From the NCBI GenBank assembly GCA_973895155.1, contig OZ316898.1:4637079-4701078 (forward strand): a DNA stretch of 64,000 nt, in the 5' to 3' direction. The DNA is from Marsupella aquatica. Lineage: Eukaryota > Plantae > Marchantiophyta. Made by a program: the position numbers and the translations under genes. Below the pieces are notes generated by a model, which did not search any database, was not told the origin of the DNA, and was given only the letters and a program-made list of their open reading frames with translations. Below are positions 25,237 through 37,800 of this stretch, piece by piece (within the stretch, counting starts at the first letter, position 1; each line of letters starts with the position of its first letter).

Positions 25237-25411
25237 TTGCCACCAAAGATGTTCTAATTGACAATTATATGATCACTGACTTACTCTAATTACAAATATG
25301 TTATGATTTTTGTATGTGGACAAAAACCTCACCAGCATAACCATACATGCATATTTATAAATACAATAAAATCAGTGATATTATTGTCAATTGGAACATC
25401 TTTAGTGGCAA
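25237..25411. mobile_element. MITE (foldback) copy 2, same TIR family
   Basis: TTGCCACCAAAGATGTTCTAATTGACAAT ... ATTGTCAATTGGAACATCTTTAGTGGCAA; TA dinucleotides lie just outside both ends. Confidence 0.78.
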
Positions 25412-25696
25412 TGTAGTTGAAAGTTGGTTTGGTAAATTTCATAGCTTGTGGGGGCTAATTTGGTAATATTCCCTTTTTCCTATGTACCTATTAAGTTTTC
25501 ACAGCAAGTTCCATGCAAGTTTTTGGCAAGACTTTACTTGGAAAACTTGGCTGGCAGGTGCTTGGTGATAACCAAGGCTTTTTAGGCCTGAGGAAGTATT
25601 CGTTGTAGCAGCAGCCCTTTGGCTTCCCTAAGGAGGGGTCAGTGGTGATTTCTACACTCCACAGTGTTTTGGGGATAGAAAATCCGTCAAGAAATC

Positions 25697-26597
25697 TAGG
25701 ATAGACAAAAGTTTGACAAGATGCCCAGATGGACTCACAAAAGCCCTGATGGATGTAAGGGGCACTTTACAAAACAACAGGTTTTTCACTTGCATCTCTC
25801 TATCTTCAATGTAGATTTATGATCTTTGGCCAAAGTTCACTTAACAAATTGAGAGAAGACCACTTGGTGGGAAAGTTTGATCCTAATTGGACTGAAGTGG
25901 GTCTCTGGCTTTTGTGTATTTGTGCTTGTGTGTCATGGCCTTGCAGGAGGGTGGCGAGTAAAGGTGGGGATTTAGGCAAGTGAGAGGTTGGAAAATTAGG
26001 CAATAAAAAATTGCTGGTGATAACCTACATCACACCTACATAAACTTTATTTTATTTTTTGTGAAAAAGAGGGAGACCATCACACTTATTCCACCAGAGG
26101 GATGTGAATATACCCACTCACAACAGGTTGGGTTTTAAAGCAAAATTCCGTTGTCTCCATTTCCCTTAGCCCATTCTTTCTTATTCTTTAAATGATACAG
26201 TTCAACAAGAAATCTTCAAAAAAAAAATCCATTGTTTTTTTCCTGTTGTTTCCTTGGAGAAATCAAGATAGACAAAAGTGATGCCCGGATGGACTCACAA
26301 GACACTGACGGATATAAGGGGCACTTTACAAAACTGCCACCAAGTGGTTCACTTTAAGATAAAAGAGAAGGGAGGTATCAATTTGCTTGATGGGACCCCA
26401 ATGTGAAAAGTTTTACTTGATAGGACCCCTGAGTGATCCGGACCGTTGATTGACCTTGAATCAACGCACTTAAAACTTCAGGGGTCAATCGAGCAAATAC
26501 CTCAAGAGAAGGCCACTTGGTCTGAAAGTTTACCAATCCTAAGTGGACTAAAGTGGGTCTCTGGCTTTTTGTCTACTTGCACTTGTGTGTCATGGCC
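25697..26597 (+). repeat. Diverged direct duplication of two sequence blocks
   Basis: GATAGACAAAAGT..GATGCCC.GATGGACTCACAA...AAGGGGCACTTTACAAAAC at ~25700 and ~26267. CCACTTGGT..GAAAGTTT...AAGTGGGTCTCTGGCTTTT...TGTGTGTCATGGCC at ~25860 and ~26513. Confidence 0.75.
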
Positions 26598-28423
26598 CCT
26601 CGGTCTGTCGTCAGTTGACGCATTAGGATTGTTGATCTACTGACATTGATTTTAGTCTATCCTCCACCACTGATTCATTTCTGGTGTTTTGGCACGGGTG
26701 TCCTGTGGAGGTCCATGGGAAAATGAGGAAGAGTCCCTAAGCTCACTCTTGTAAAGTCCCCCTAATCCAAACATTAGATTATACTCTCATAACCTATTTC
26801 TTTTGAGTGCTTTAGTTCTGGTAAGTTACACAATGGTTTCAGGGTGTATATCTGAGTCTCTAGAACCAACCTTTGCCTCTATGCAAGCTTTTTCTTTCCT
26901 AAGGTTATCTCTATCCATATTTAGGGGATTTCATATATATATATAGGTATTTGAATCAACCCATTCGTGACACGATACCACAAAAGAGGGTAATGACTTA
27001 ATCATTGCCAGAATATTCTACTTCTATGATTTATGATTTATAATTTATAATTTTTTGTTGTATTTCAATTCTTTATCTCATTGACTTAAGCTCTGACGCA
27101 AAAAAGTACTCATGCTGACGTCGAGAATGAGACCTCGTTCTGAAAACCAGGTTTATGCACGTGTTATTTGTAGAGAGTACAAACATGTGAAACAAGCATA
27201 GAAGCACAAACTAACAAAAGAAGATACTTGATTTATACATATTAAACTTCTCTTCGTAATTCCCTATGCTTGCTTTGTCTCGGGCTCATGTGGTTGACGG
27301 GGTTTACTATCCATTTTGTTTGTCTAGCAAGTTTGATCTTGGAGCTCTGGGGATAAGAGGACCAAGTCCAATAACTGAAAATTTATGCCGAGCCATCCTA
27401 CCCCTATTGCCTAAAATATTTTTTTCTTTATAATAGCAGACAAATCAAAGGGTAGCACACAAACTAAAAATAGAAACCAGTTGCAAGGACCTTCTGTCCT
27501 GCTTGGTTTCACTTAAACCCCCGTCCCCCAAAAAATCTGATTGTACTACTAGGGAGTCTCAAATAGCAATGTAAGATCTGTCTATGTGGGTGTACTTTAA
27601 TATATTAATATAAAAAACACTGTGAAGGAACCAAAGGTGTCATGACAGGGGACCAAGTGACAAAAGAACTCAAGTCCCCAAACACAAATGAAAAATAAAC
27701 TGAAAAGTCTGGCAGAGTTCCACAATAAAGTGCACAGGAGGGTCACAATGATGAATTTGACTTTATGCCCTCAAACAGTCAAACCACTTTCGGTTGTTCT
27801 CAATGAAACCCATCAAGGATCGGGCTCAATGCTATTTCTGGCTCAGAGTTCTAGATGGCAATGTGATGTAATCCCAGAGGGCCTGAGCCTGAGGGGGTTA
27901 CAGCCATTATCCCCAAGTGGGGATGAGTTACAGAGCTTAAAGCCTGAACAAATTTTTACACAACATTCAGCTGACTAACATAGGAAAAGTCTGATTAGTC
28001 AGTGTGCCACTTGCACTTACTCTATTTCTCATTCAAATTTCATAATCCCTAGGCCAAGCTGGCCCAACAGTTTAATGGTTTCACCTAGGGATAATGTTTC
28101 ATAATCTTGTACACACATACAAAGGAAAAAATTCAGGAAGAGATTACTCTATGAACAACCCTGTTAACATTCAGAAATTGAAAAGTTGATTTATATTTGT
28201 TTATTTTATGTGTTTCTAGGTTCTATTAGTAAAGTTGTAGTGTAGATGCACTCTTACTTGAACCCGTTTCGATGACGAGCTCTAGAGTTAGACTACAAAA
28301 ATTTGTAGGAACCACATGAAAGTAAAATAAATATGTTTGGTATTTCCAAAAAGACTAAAACTTTAGAGGTAAAAGGTAGTATACCCTAGTATACTTAAGA
28401 ATGTCTTATAGTATATACATTGA

Positions 28424-28716
28424 TGTTGGGGATAATCCCAATCCCGAGACACCATGCACATGTGAACACCATACAAAGTAATCGACACAGCGAGTACGTG
28501 GTTCACCTCATGACCGAGGTTACGTCCACGGGAAAGCAAGAGACCTTTACTTCTCTCTTTCCCAACTCAAACAATGAACTGAAGATCCACCAAAGACTGG
28601 CACCAACCCTGGCTATATACACAACAGCACTACCGCTAACCTTAGCTAAGTCTTAACCTGAGTTGGACTAATTGCGGTTAGCTATAGAGTCACAAGACTA
28701 AGAGCAATACCTAACA
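28424..28716 (-). mobile_element. Solo LTR (293 bp), probably Ty1/copia type
   Basis: Inverted termini TGTTGGG...CCTAACA and a perfect 5-bp TSD ATTGA (28419-28423, 28717-28721). The GTGGTTCACC...TACGTCCAC motif and a TATA-like TATATAG on the minus strand suggest minus orientation. Confidence 0.88.
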
Positions 28717-31700
28717 ATTGATACACTTAAATAGTTCTAATAAAATATATTATTAGAACATTAAATCTATAAAATAGGGGTGAAATTAAGCTATAATTGC
28801 ATGCCTGATTTTATGTGGTGTACCAATATATACACTAATTAAGTAAATTAACTCCTGAGAAGGTAGGGCTTTTATGATATGAATGGAATTGCTGACATGG
28901 ATACTTTTATGCCTGAACCAATCCCCTTATTATATACCATTGGCTCAATACCTGTGCCTTGCATAAAAGATTTGGTGTAAATATGTCATTAGCAAAAAAT
29001 ATGTGATTGCGCAAAAGATGTGGTTTGAGTTAAAGATGTTATTTGCAAAAAACTATTATGACGCAAAAGATTTTGTTGTGTAAAAGATACCGTTATGCAA
29101 ACAATGTGGTTGTGTAATAAAATATGCACAAAAAATTCCCTCTACAACAATTATCTGTTGTGTTTTGTGTGAGATTTGATGGTGAGAAATAGATATTTGT
29201 GCATGTATCGGTCATCCAAGCATGCCTTCACTCTTGTCCCACACAAGTGTTTACACAAATGCTCACACTCAAAAACAATCTAGAGCTCCAATTTAAGCAC
29301 ATTGAATGGAAGATGTGGGGTGAAGTGGATTCTTCACAGATTTTTCAGATTTACCAAGGTCTCTAACTGGACCCGTCATCATATCTCAGAGGCCCAAGCC
29401 TTTTTACCAGTGGCATGGTACAAATCAATGAAAAGGTTAGATTTATAGAGTGGGTCCAAAATTTGTTTTAAATTCTTGTTGACATAAAATTCCTCACACA
29501 TGCTTATATTGCATGACATAAAGCTAGTAACCTTGTTGGTAAAAAGGGTACAAAACAGTTTCTGGTTAAGTCTATAGATTTTTGAAGGCACTTGAGAAAA
29601 CATATCACCACAAAAAAAATAAAAAATGGAAAAAACAATCATCACCACCATTTCATAACCCCATTTGGTTCACCGTGGTTCTCCTTCCTAAAGAACAATT
29701 TACAGATTGAAGTAGAAGAAACAAAACCCCAATTTGTTGTTTTGTCCTAAGCACATTCCTTGATACTGTATTCTACTATAGTTTTTATTGGTCAAAGGGC
29801 CAAGGCTGGATTTCCATTTGTTCACAAATAAGCGCTCATAAGCATCAACGAAAGAGGGGTTGAATTGTGACACTACCAAAAAATCTCATAAGAATCAAGA
29901 ATAATCAGCAAACTTTATATCCAATGCCACCCAATTGAGGATGACCCAGGTTGACACACAAGTAAAGATCTGGAGCAGAAGGGGCCATGAAGCCCAAACA
30001 TAAGTAAAATATCAGCAAGTTCTTAAGAGAGGACACGCGAGGCGTGGCTTTCTTTTTGTTTATTTTACGTTACTTCTGTTTGGAAACCATACGTTACTGA
30101 CAAAGAAAAGGCAGTCATGAAACGAACCCCTTTAATTTTGGTTACCTTATTTTCTTAGGAGGGGGTGGCTTTGTCCACATCACTTTGAGGGTGGTATCAA
30201 GACATATCTATGTGGATTCACAAGGGCATCTAGACACGAACAAGAATCCTTATACCATCCCATTGAATCTATCGCTGGAACATTAAAACAGCCAACCATA
30301 AGTGGGGAAAAAGGCATTGACAAATTTCAAGGTTGTCTTTTGCATCTCCCAATGCAGAATCTAGCAAGAAGAAACAGAAAACTTGACTTTGTAGCAAAAG
30401 AATTCTGATTGACTCCCAATGATGTTCCCAAGAGAAGAGAAGACGAAAATAAAACAAAAAATCAGTGGGTTAGCCCAGAAACCCCCAAAAGGTCCCATTT
30501 TATTCCAAAAATGGCTAATATAAATATATAAATAAACCAGTCAGCAAGCCCACCATGAAGCCGGCAGGGCTTTTATTAGAACTTTGCTTCAGGATATGGC
30601 GCACGTGACTAAAAAAATCATAGTCATGGTGAGGAGGTGGTGAGCCATCTTATGCTTGAACCCCATACTGCTATTGAAATACTCCCAAGTTTAGTTTGGG
30701 TTCCTTAGGACAACAATTAGTTTGGAGGGATACAGAAAGTCTTTGAATCTATTCTGTACCTGGAAATGTCTTATTTAAAATTGAAAAGAAAATAGTCTTA
30801 TAGTCTTCCACTCTTGTTGGTGAGATGAAGAACAACATTTTATACTAAAATTTTGGAAATGCTTTGTATACATCGAGAACAATGGCTTGTTAAATAATTA
30901 CAGACCTTCATGAGAAGTTCTCTCCAAACTCCTTGGCACCACATGCAGCCACATGATCACATTTGGTAACAAAGAGAAACAATGATGTTTTAAACAAGAA
31001 ACAAACACAAGTGTCCGTGTTTGATGTGAGGCAAGGGAAAAAACCCAGTAACTGTGAGAAAAATAAAAAATTGAAAAATAAAATTGAAAATATAAATAGA
31101 AGGGTAAAGCAAAGTAACCCATTGGCTATATTGTCAGTGATGTATCAGTGTTTTACATCAAAATGATTATATATATGTTTTTGTTTATAACAATGTTGTG
31201 GGTTTTAGAGTACATCTGTCAGTCTTGTCTTTCACTGTTAATGTAGGAGACTCCAGCCTGCAAAGCGATAATATGGCGTTCTGGAAATGGCACATTATAA
31301 AGCAACAACACTCCCTGATATAGAGAACAATGGGTTCTATCATGGCATGGAAAATTCATTCAACCTATGGGCACATTCCACGTGACAATACATTGTGTGC
31401 TATTAAGTTTTGATGTACATTTGCCACAAAGGCTTAATATGGAGTCTTAACGCACAATATACCCCCTTTTGTGTAATATGGATTTACAACTTGGCATAAT
31501 TATATATATCTTTCAGGTTACATACCCTAGAGTCGTCCCGGAATGCACAGAATCTCTGCTAAACATTACTCAATTTAAAATTCAGGAAATTTGTCAAGGC
31601 CAACTATTATTCTCCTTTTTCTTTATCATTTTTTTGAAAACAATGTGTACACTGAATGTGTTTACATCAGGATGCTTAGAATGTTCTTAAAGTTTACAAA

Positions 31701-32479
31701 GAATATTTCTTTGGAGGTTTCACAAGGGTCCCAAAATATTTTTTGTTGAGTCCAAATTTTTAATAATGATTTATTTATTGGGCAGACAGGGATGGCACTG
31801 CAGAAGTCTTTAGGTAGCTGCTATGCTATCTGGCCGCTTTGTCCTCCTGGTGCTGCCCCCCTTTGCTCTCCCCTGGAGGACTTACTTACTGCTTGCTGCA
31901 TGAATGTTCCTGTGCCTTTTGGGTCCGTTGGGATTACCTAGGTAGTGGTTCTATAGGTCTATAAAAATGGATTTCCAATGCAATTTTCATGGATTGCCAG
32001 GACAGTTTTACAGAATATCAAGATTTTCTCCATTTTTTTGCAAGGATATAGGGGTTCCTCATGAATATTATTGACAATGTTCTCATAAAATGTGCATTAT
32101 TCTGATCTGAACTCTCTCCCACAATATAACTCTGCCTCTACAGCAATTGCCAAATCTCCCAGGAATTTATGTTTCGCAGAGTCTCTATCCTTATAGACTC
32201 TCTTGTGTACACGGGGACAGGGTTACACCACCTTATGACTGGGTTGATTAGGGGAATATTTCACAAATTGGCCAACTTTAAGGGTTATATTGATAGCTTT
32301 GCAACTTGTAGGATGCTATGGTGATTTCAGAGTTCTTCCAAACCAGGGGATGGAAACCAAGCCCCACTCAAAATGCCACACATCTACACAACAGCTAAGG
32401 GAAACAAATAAGTGGCTTGCCATATGACTTCACTTCAATTGCCTGTTATGTATTAAATTGTCAAAGAACACAAACGACC

Positions 32480-32982
32480 AAGCTGGGAGACAGGATCCCA
32501 AAGTCAAAATACCCAATAAAAGGAAGGGGGAGGAAGAGAGAGAGAGAGACCCCAATGAGGCCCACTAGCCCAATTGCCTGACTGTTTGATAAATCTGGGC
32601 AATGTTTTCCACCTCAATACAAGTTTCCTTACCTTGCCCACACTTTGAGGCAAACACTCTTCACGCTTGACCATTTGAGCAGTTGTTCTTGGCTTTGAAC
32701 CTTTCTTCTGTTTGCCTTGAAAACCTAAAATTGACCCATCCAATAGAGGATAAACAATCAACTCCGGAGCATGCACTTCTGTAGAGTAGCCCACAAGGGA
32801 GATCATACCCAGGACCAGGAGGGAGAGAGGGTTGGACCACAGCCCAAAGTGGACCAGTCAGGGCTGAGAAGAAACCAGTACTCCCACCAGTACACCCCAC
32901 CCACACACACACTCACCCTCCACAAGGGAGATTGAACCTGGAGCCTCTCGGCTGATCCCCTGGCCAACTGACCACAGCCAGT
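32480..32982 (-). mobile_element. Putative tRNA-derived SINE
   Basis: Minus-strand head has A-box TGGTCAGTTGG and B-box GGTTCAATCTC ~25 bp apart. The 3' region resembles 62005-62050 (GGGAGACAGG..TCCCAA....AA.CCCAAT). No TSD found. Confidence 0.45.
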
Positions 32983-34048
32983 CAATTTTAAGCCTTTTGT
33001 TTTCAGGCTTCAGCTCTAAATCACATGTTTGTGTAGCAAGTTTGATACTGGATACTTTTCTCTTTTCCTGTGTTTCAGTCATCATTCTTTCCATTTGTGA
33101 GCACTGTCTTAATATCACCCGACTCAGAACGATACGAGTGGCCCACATTTGTCTATTGAATCGCAAAACTTTGACTATAGCTCGTATGTGGATGGCTATT
33201 GCCAACTATGATATGCTTCCACGATTTTTTGGAGACTGCTTAGACCAAGGAGGAAACAATGCTTCAGTAGGCAATGTTCTTATCGAAGACTAGCAGACAG
33301 GTTGAATGCTCCTACCTAGAGTCAGAGGAAGGTTACTAAAACTACCACTTCACAAGAAAAATCCAATCTGAGAGACACAGCTACAGAATGACCCCGGCAA
33401 ACAAATGAAAAATTGGTCAACAAATTGGACGGCACCATCACTCAAATGAGCAAGCCTTCAAGCCCAACAGAAAACATAAACCTGTGTTGAGACAACTAAA
33501 CAAATGCTCATTGCTTTGAGATTCCATTCAGACTTTCATTCATGATGAATCAGAGACATGGAGAGAGAATGTGCATGTAATATGTTTTCCTCTGGTTTCA
33601 GTCAAGTATGATCATTCTTTCAAGCCCATCTCCCCGACGAGGCGACTGGTCGAACCCTTGTGCACAACCCTTCGTCTCCTAATCTAACGACTACATTTAA
33701 AGGAGGCACCTAAATAATGTTTTAAATATCAACCCAAAAGCTTGATTTTGCATCTGTGATTTAACTGTCAAGAAGCAAACCATAGAAACTTTCAGTTGTG
33801 TTATCCCCTGAACCTAGAAATTGAATGCTTGTCAACATTCACTCTGACCAATGATTTTCTTCCCGATTGTTGGTCAGTGAGAGTACCTGCAAGATTGAGG
33901 ATGCACCCATTGCTCACAAAAACTAGCCCTTACTTCCTAGCAATGAACCCTGTCTAGTACTTTCAATTGGCCACATAGCAGCATGTCTGAAAATAGTCAT
34001 CCATGACCCTAGGGATCTGATTGCAGCGCCAGATGCTGTTGGACTTTG

Positions 34049-34757
34049 TTAAGTCTGTTCAAATACAGATTCACACCGTCTAAATACACTGCTTCCTGAA
34101 GGTTGCGTGACCATGTCATCTTCATCCAGATAATCAATTTGGTCGAAATATTGGAAGGCACTGCCCCTTGCAGCATTTTGGGCCGTCAGACTCTTTGTAT
34201 GCTTCCAGATGTCAAAAGAAACGAATATTTTCTTGGTGTAGGCCTTCAAGATCCTGCGAAGAAAAGGAACATAAATTGTTTCATTTTTGGCAGCCAAGAG
34301 ATCTGAGACCTTGGCTGCGAAGAAATCAGGCTTTATTAAATCATCTGGGCTTTGAATGTCTCAACAGTCCATAACTCCTGCGAGAACGAGAGTTTCATAT
34401 CCACCATTCTGACCGAATAGAAAGTCAGTATCATGCATGTGTGTCTTGCTGATTTGGAATTTGTTTCCAATACAATCCTTCATGCAAAGGCCTTTGAACC
34501 ACAACAGGCTCCCTGTTTTAGGAAACCATGGTCCCTCCGCTGCCCATGAGTTTACTGCTGGCGGGTCAACTCTGGTGCACAAGCTCTTCTTCCAGATGGT
34601 AGGGTCTAATCACAACGCCAACTTGCATTATCTCAATGTCCCTGTCACAGAACTGCCATCGCGATGGCTGCCAATAAAAAACCTCTCGAAAATAGTGCTT
34701 GTCGGAGGTATGCCCTTGATCAAGCAAACCTAGAACCTGATTGTAGCTGCGCTGCAA
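34049..34757 (-). pseudogene. Possible decayed ORF of unknown family directly downstream of the PPR gene
   Basis: 34582-34049 is one reading frame broken by a single TGA (34361-34363). It overlaps 34757-34566 through one frameshift, giving ~235 protein-like codons. Confidence 0.4.
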
Positions 34758-34811
34758 GCAAGTGCTTTATGCAGTCACAGTCCAGCCAGCGAAACACAGC
34801 TTCCAATCTGG

Positions 34812-37800
34812 TCACCAGTAATCACCACAAGAACACACGCCATCTTTAAAACGATGAAAGCGATTTGCATCCCTAGCTATAATCTCGCGTCCCGTCACCT
34901 TGGAGATGAACTTGGTTGCTGTGTGGCAATCCGAACACACCCGAAGGTTCTTATATACACAAATTGGTTTTTCCCGAGGTATGCGCATTAGTCCGTACAC
35001 AATAGCCAACTTCTCACTATGAGAGCAAAGAGCTAGTTCTTTGTCCTCCTCATCGATATTCTGCAACACAAGCTGGGTATCGGGAATGTAGCCTTCAACC
35101 TTCAGTTTTTCAGTCAGATTATTCAGCTCAGTATATATATCCTTCGCTTCTGGGTGAAATGTATCCCCTACAACAAATTCATGGATCTTGTTATCAACTT
35201 CAATCCAGCTCCGCCCTGGCTCCTTCCGAACACCTCTCTTGTGCATCATAGTGCGCACCTCTGACACCTTCTCCCATTTGCCAGCTGCAGCATAGATGTT
35301 GGAGAGGGATACATACGCAGCGGCATTATTGGGTTCCAACTTGAAAAGCTCTTCAGCGGCAAGCTCGCCCAACTCCACGCTACCGTAAGTTTTACAAGCG
35401 CCAAGCAAGGCTTTCCAGGTTACATCATCTGGTTCAACTGGCATGTCACTAATGAAGAGCTTTGCTTCCTCCAAGTGTCCAGCCCGCCCAAGAAGATCCA
35501 CCATGCAGTTATATTGCACAACGTCAGGCTCGATGCCATAATCTTGCGTCATAGCTAAAAAGAGTCTACGGCCGTCATCAACAAGGCCTGCATGACAACA
35601 GGCTGACAACACTGCCACGAATGTAGTCCCGGTTGGCTTCACCAGGTCCGCATTCATTTTCCTGAAGAGTTCCAGAGCCTCACGCCCACACCCATGCTGT
35701 GCAAGCGCACCGATCATCGTATTCCACGTGACTACATCGCGTTTCTCCATTCTCTCAAAAACTAGTCGGGCGTCGTCTATACTGCCACTCTTGGCATACA
35801 TGTGAACAATTGCATTGCCCACACGCAAATCCGACTCCAGTCCCGCTTCGCTAGCATGGCCATGAACCTCCTTCACCCAATCCAAAGCCCCTGCACTTTC
35901 AGATGCGTTCAGGATGCTCATATAAGTGATTGCATTTGGTTCTAAGCCTTCCCGTCTCATTTGGCGAAACAGTCGATACGCTTCCTGATGGCGACCACGT
36001 TCTGCATACGCGCCAATCATTATGTTCCAAGTTATTACATCAAGTGTCTTCAATCTGTCAAAAATCAATCGGGCATCATCCAAACTACCACTTTTCGCAT
36101 ACATGTGAACAAGTGTAGCGCCTACACGCAAATCCGACTCCAGTCCCGATTTACTAGCATGGCCATGAACCTCCTTCACCCAATCCAAAGCCCCCGCACT
36201 TGCAGATGCGTTAAGGATGCTCAGATAAGTGACTGCATTTGGTTCTAAGCCTTCAAGTCTCATTTGGCGAAACAATCGATATGCTTCCTCACCGCGTCCA
36301 CCCTCTGCATAGGCGCCGATCATTATGTTCCACGTGATTACATCGAGCGTCTTCAATCTGTCAAAAACTAGTCGGGCGTCATCTATACTGCCGCTCTTTG
36401 CATACATACGAACCAGTGCATTGCCCACACGCAAGTCCGACTCCAGTCCCGCTTTGATAGCATGGCCATGAACCTCCTTCACCCACTCCAAAGCCCCCGC
36501 ACTTGCAGATGCATTCAGGATGGTCATATAAGTGACTGCTTTTGGTTCTAAGCCTTCCCGTCTCATTTGGCGAAACAGTCGATATGCTTCCTCACCGCGA
36601 CCACGTTCAGCATACGCGCCAATTATTATGTTCCATGTGATTACATTGCGCTTCTTCAAGCTGTCAAAAGTCAATCGGGCATCATCAATACTACCACTTT
36701 TCGCATACATGTGAACAAGTGCATTGCCCACACGCAAATCCGGCTCCAGTCCCGCTTCGCGAGCATGGCCATGAACCTCCTTAACCCAATCCAAAGCCCC
36801 CCCACTTGCAGATGCATTAAGGATACTCAAGTATGTGATTGCATCTGGTTCGAAATCTTCCCGTCTCATTTCGAGAAACAGTCGAAATGCTTCCACACCA
36901 CGACCACTCCCTGCATATGCTCCAATCATCATATTCCATGTGATTAGATCTCGTTTTCTCATTCTCTCAAACAGTCGCCGGGCATCATCCACATTGCCAC
37001 TTGCGGAGTAGGCACCAATCATGACAGTCCAAGTCCTAAAATCTCGATTATTCAATTTGTCAAAAACTCGCCTTGCCTCCGTGATGCACCCACACTTTGC
37101 ATACATCTGAAGGAGGGCAGTCCCTACACGTACGTCTGATTCAAAGCCGGCATGTCGAATACACTCATGAACTTCTTTTCCCCATTGTAAAGCTAATGGG
37201 TTGGCACATGCCTTCAGAATGCTTAGATATGTGACCTCATTAGGCCGCGCCCCTTCTTGGCGCATTAGTTTGAAAAGTTCCAGCGCGGATCCAGCATGAT
37301 CACTCTTAGCATATCCTGCAATCATCATGTTCCAAGTGAGAACATTTTTCTTCTCAAATTCATCAAAAACTCGACGTGCATCCAACAATTCCCCGCAGCT
37401 GATATATACATTCAGGAGGGTGTTCGCCACATATGGATTCTTATCCATTTTACTCTCGATGATGCACTCATGAACCTGCTTGGCCGCTAAAAGGTCTTTC
37501 TGTTTCCAGCACATTTGCAGAACTTGAACATACGTGTACGAGTCTGTAGGAATGCCTCGTTGTAGACGATTCATCAAAACAGCCATTGCTTCACTCGTGG
37601 TACCAGCATTATCCATGTGCCTACTGCCACTCCCTCGTGCAGCGTCTTGGGACCAAGCTCTGGTGCCATGACTAGCATGAGACTGCAATCTGCTTCCAGT
37701 GATCAATTTGCGCCTTGCCTTCACCCATGTTGATGTTGACCGGCCATCCACCCAAAGTGCTTTCCTTGTCACCTTATGATTAAACTCGGGTGCTCTGGGG

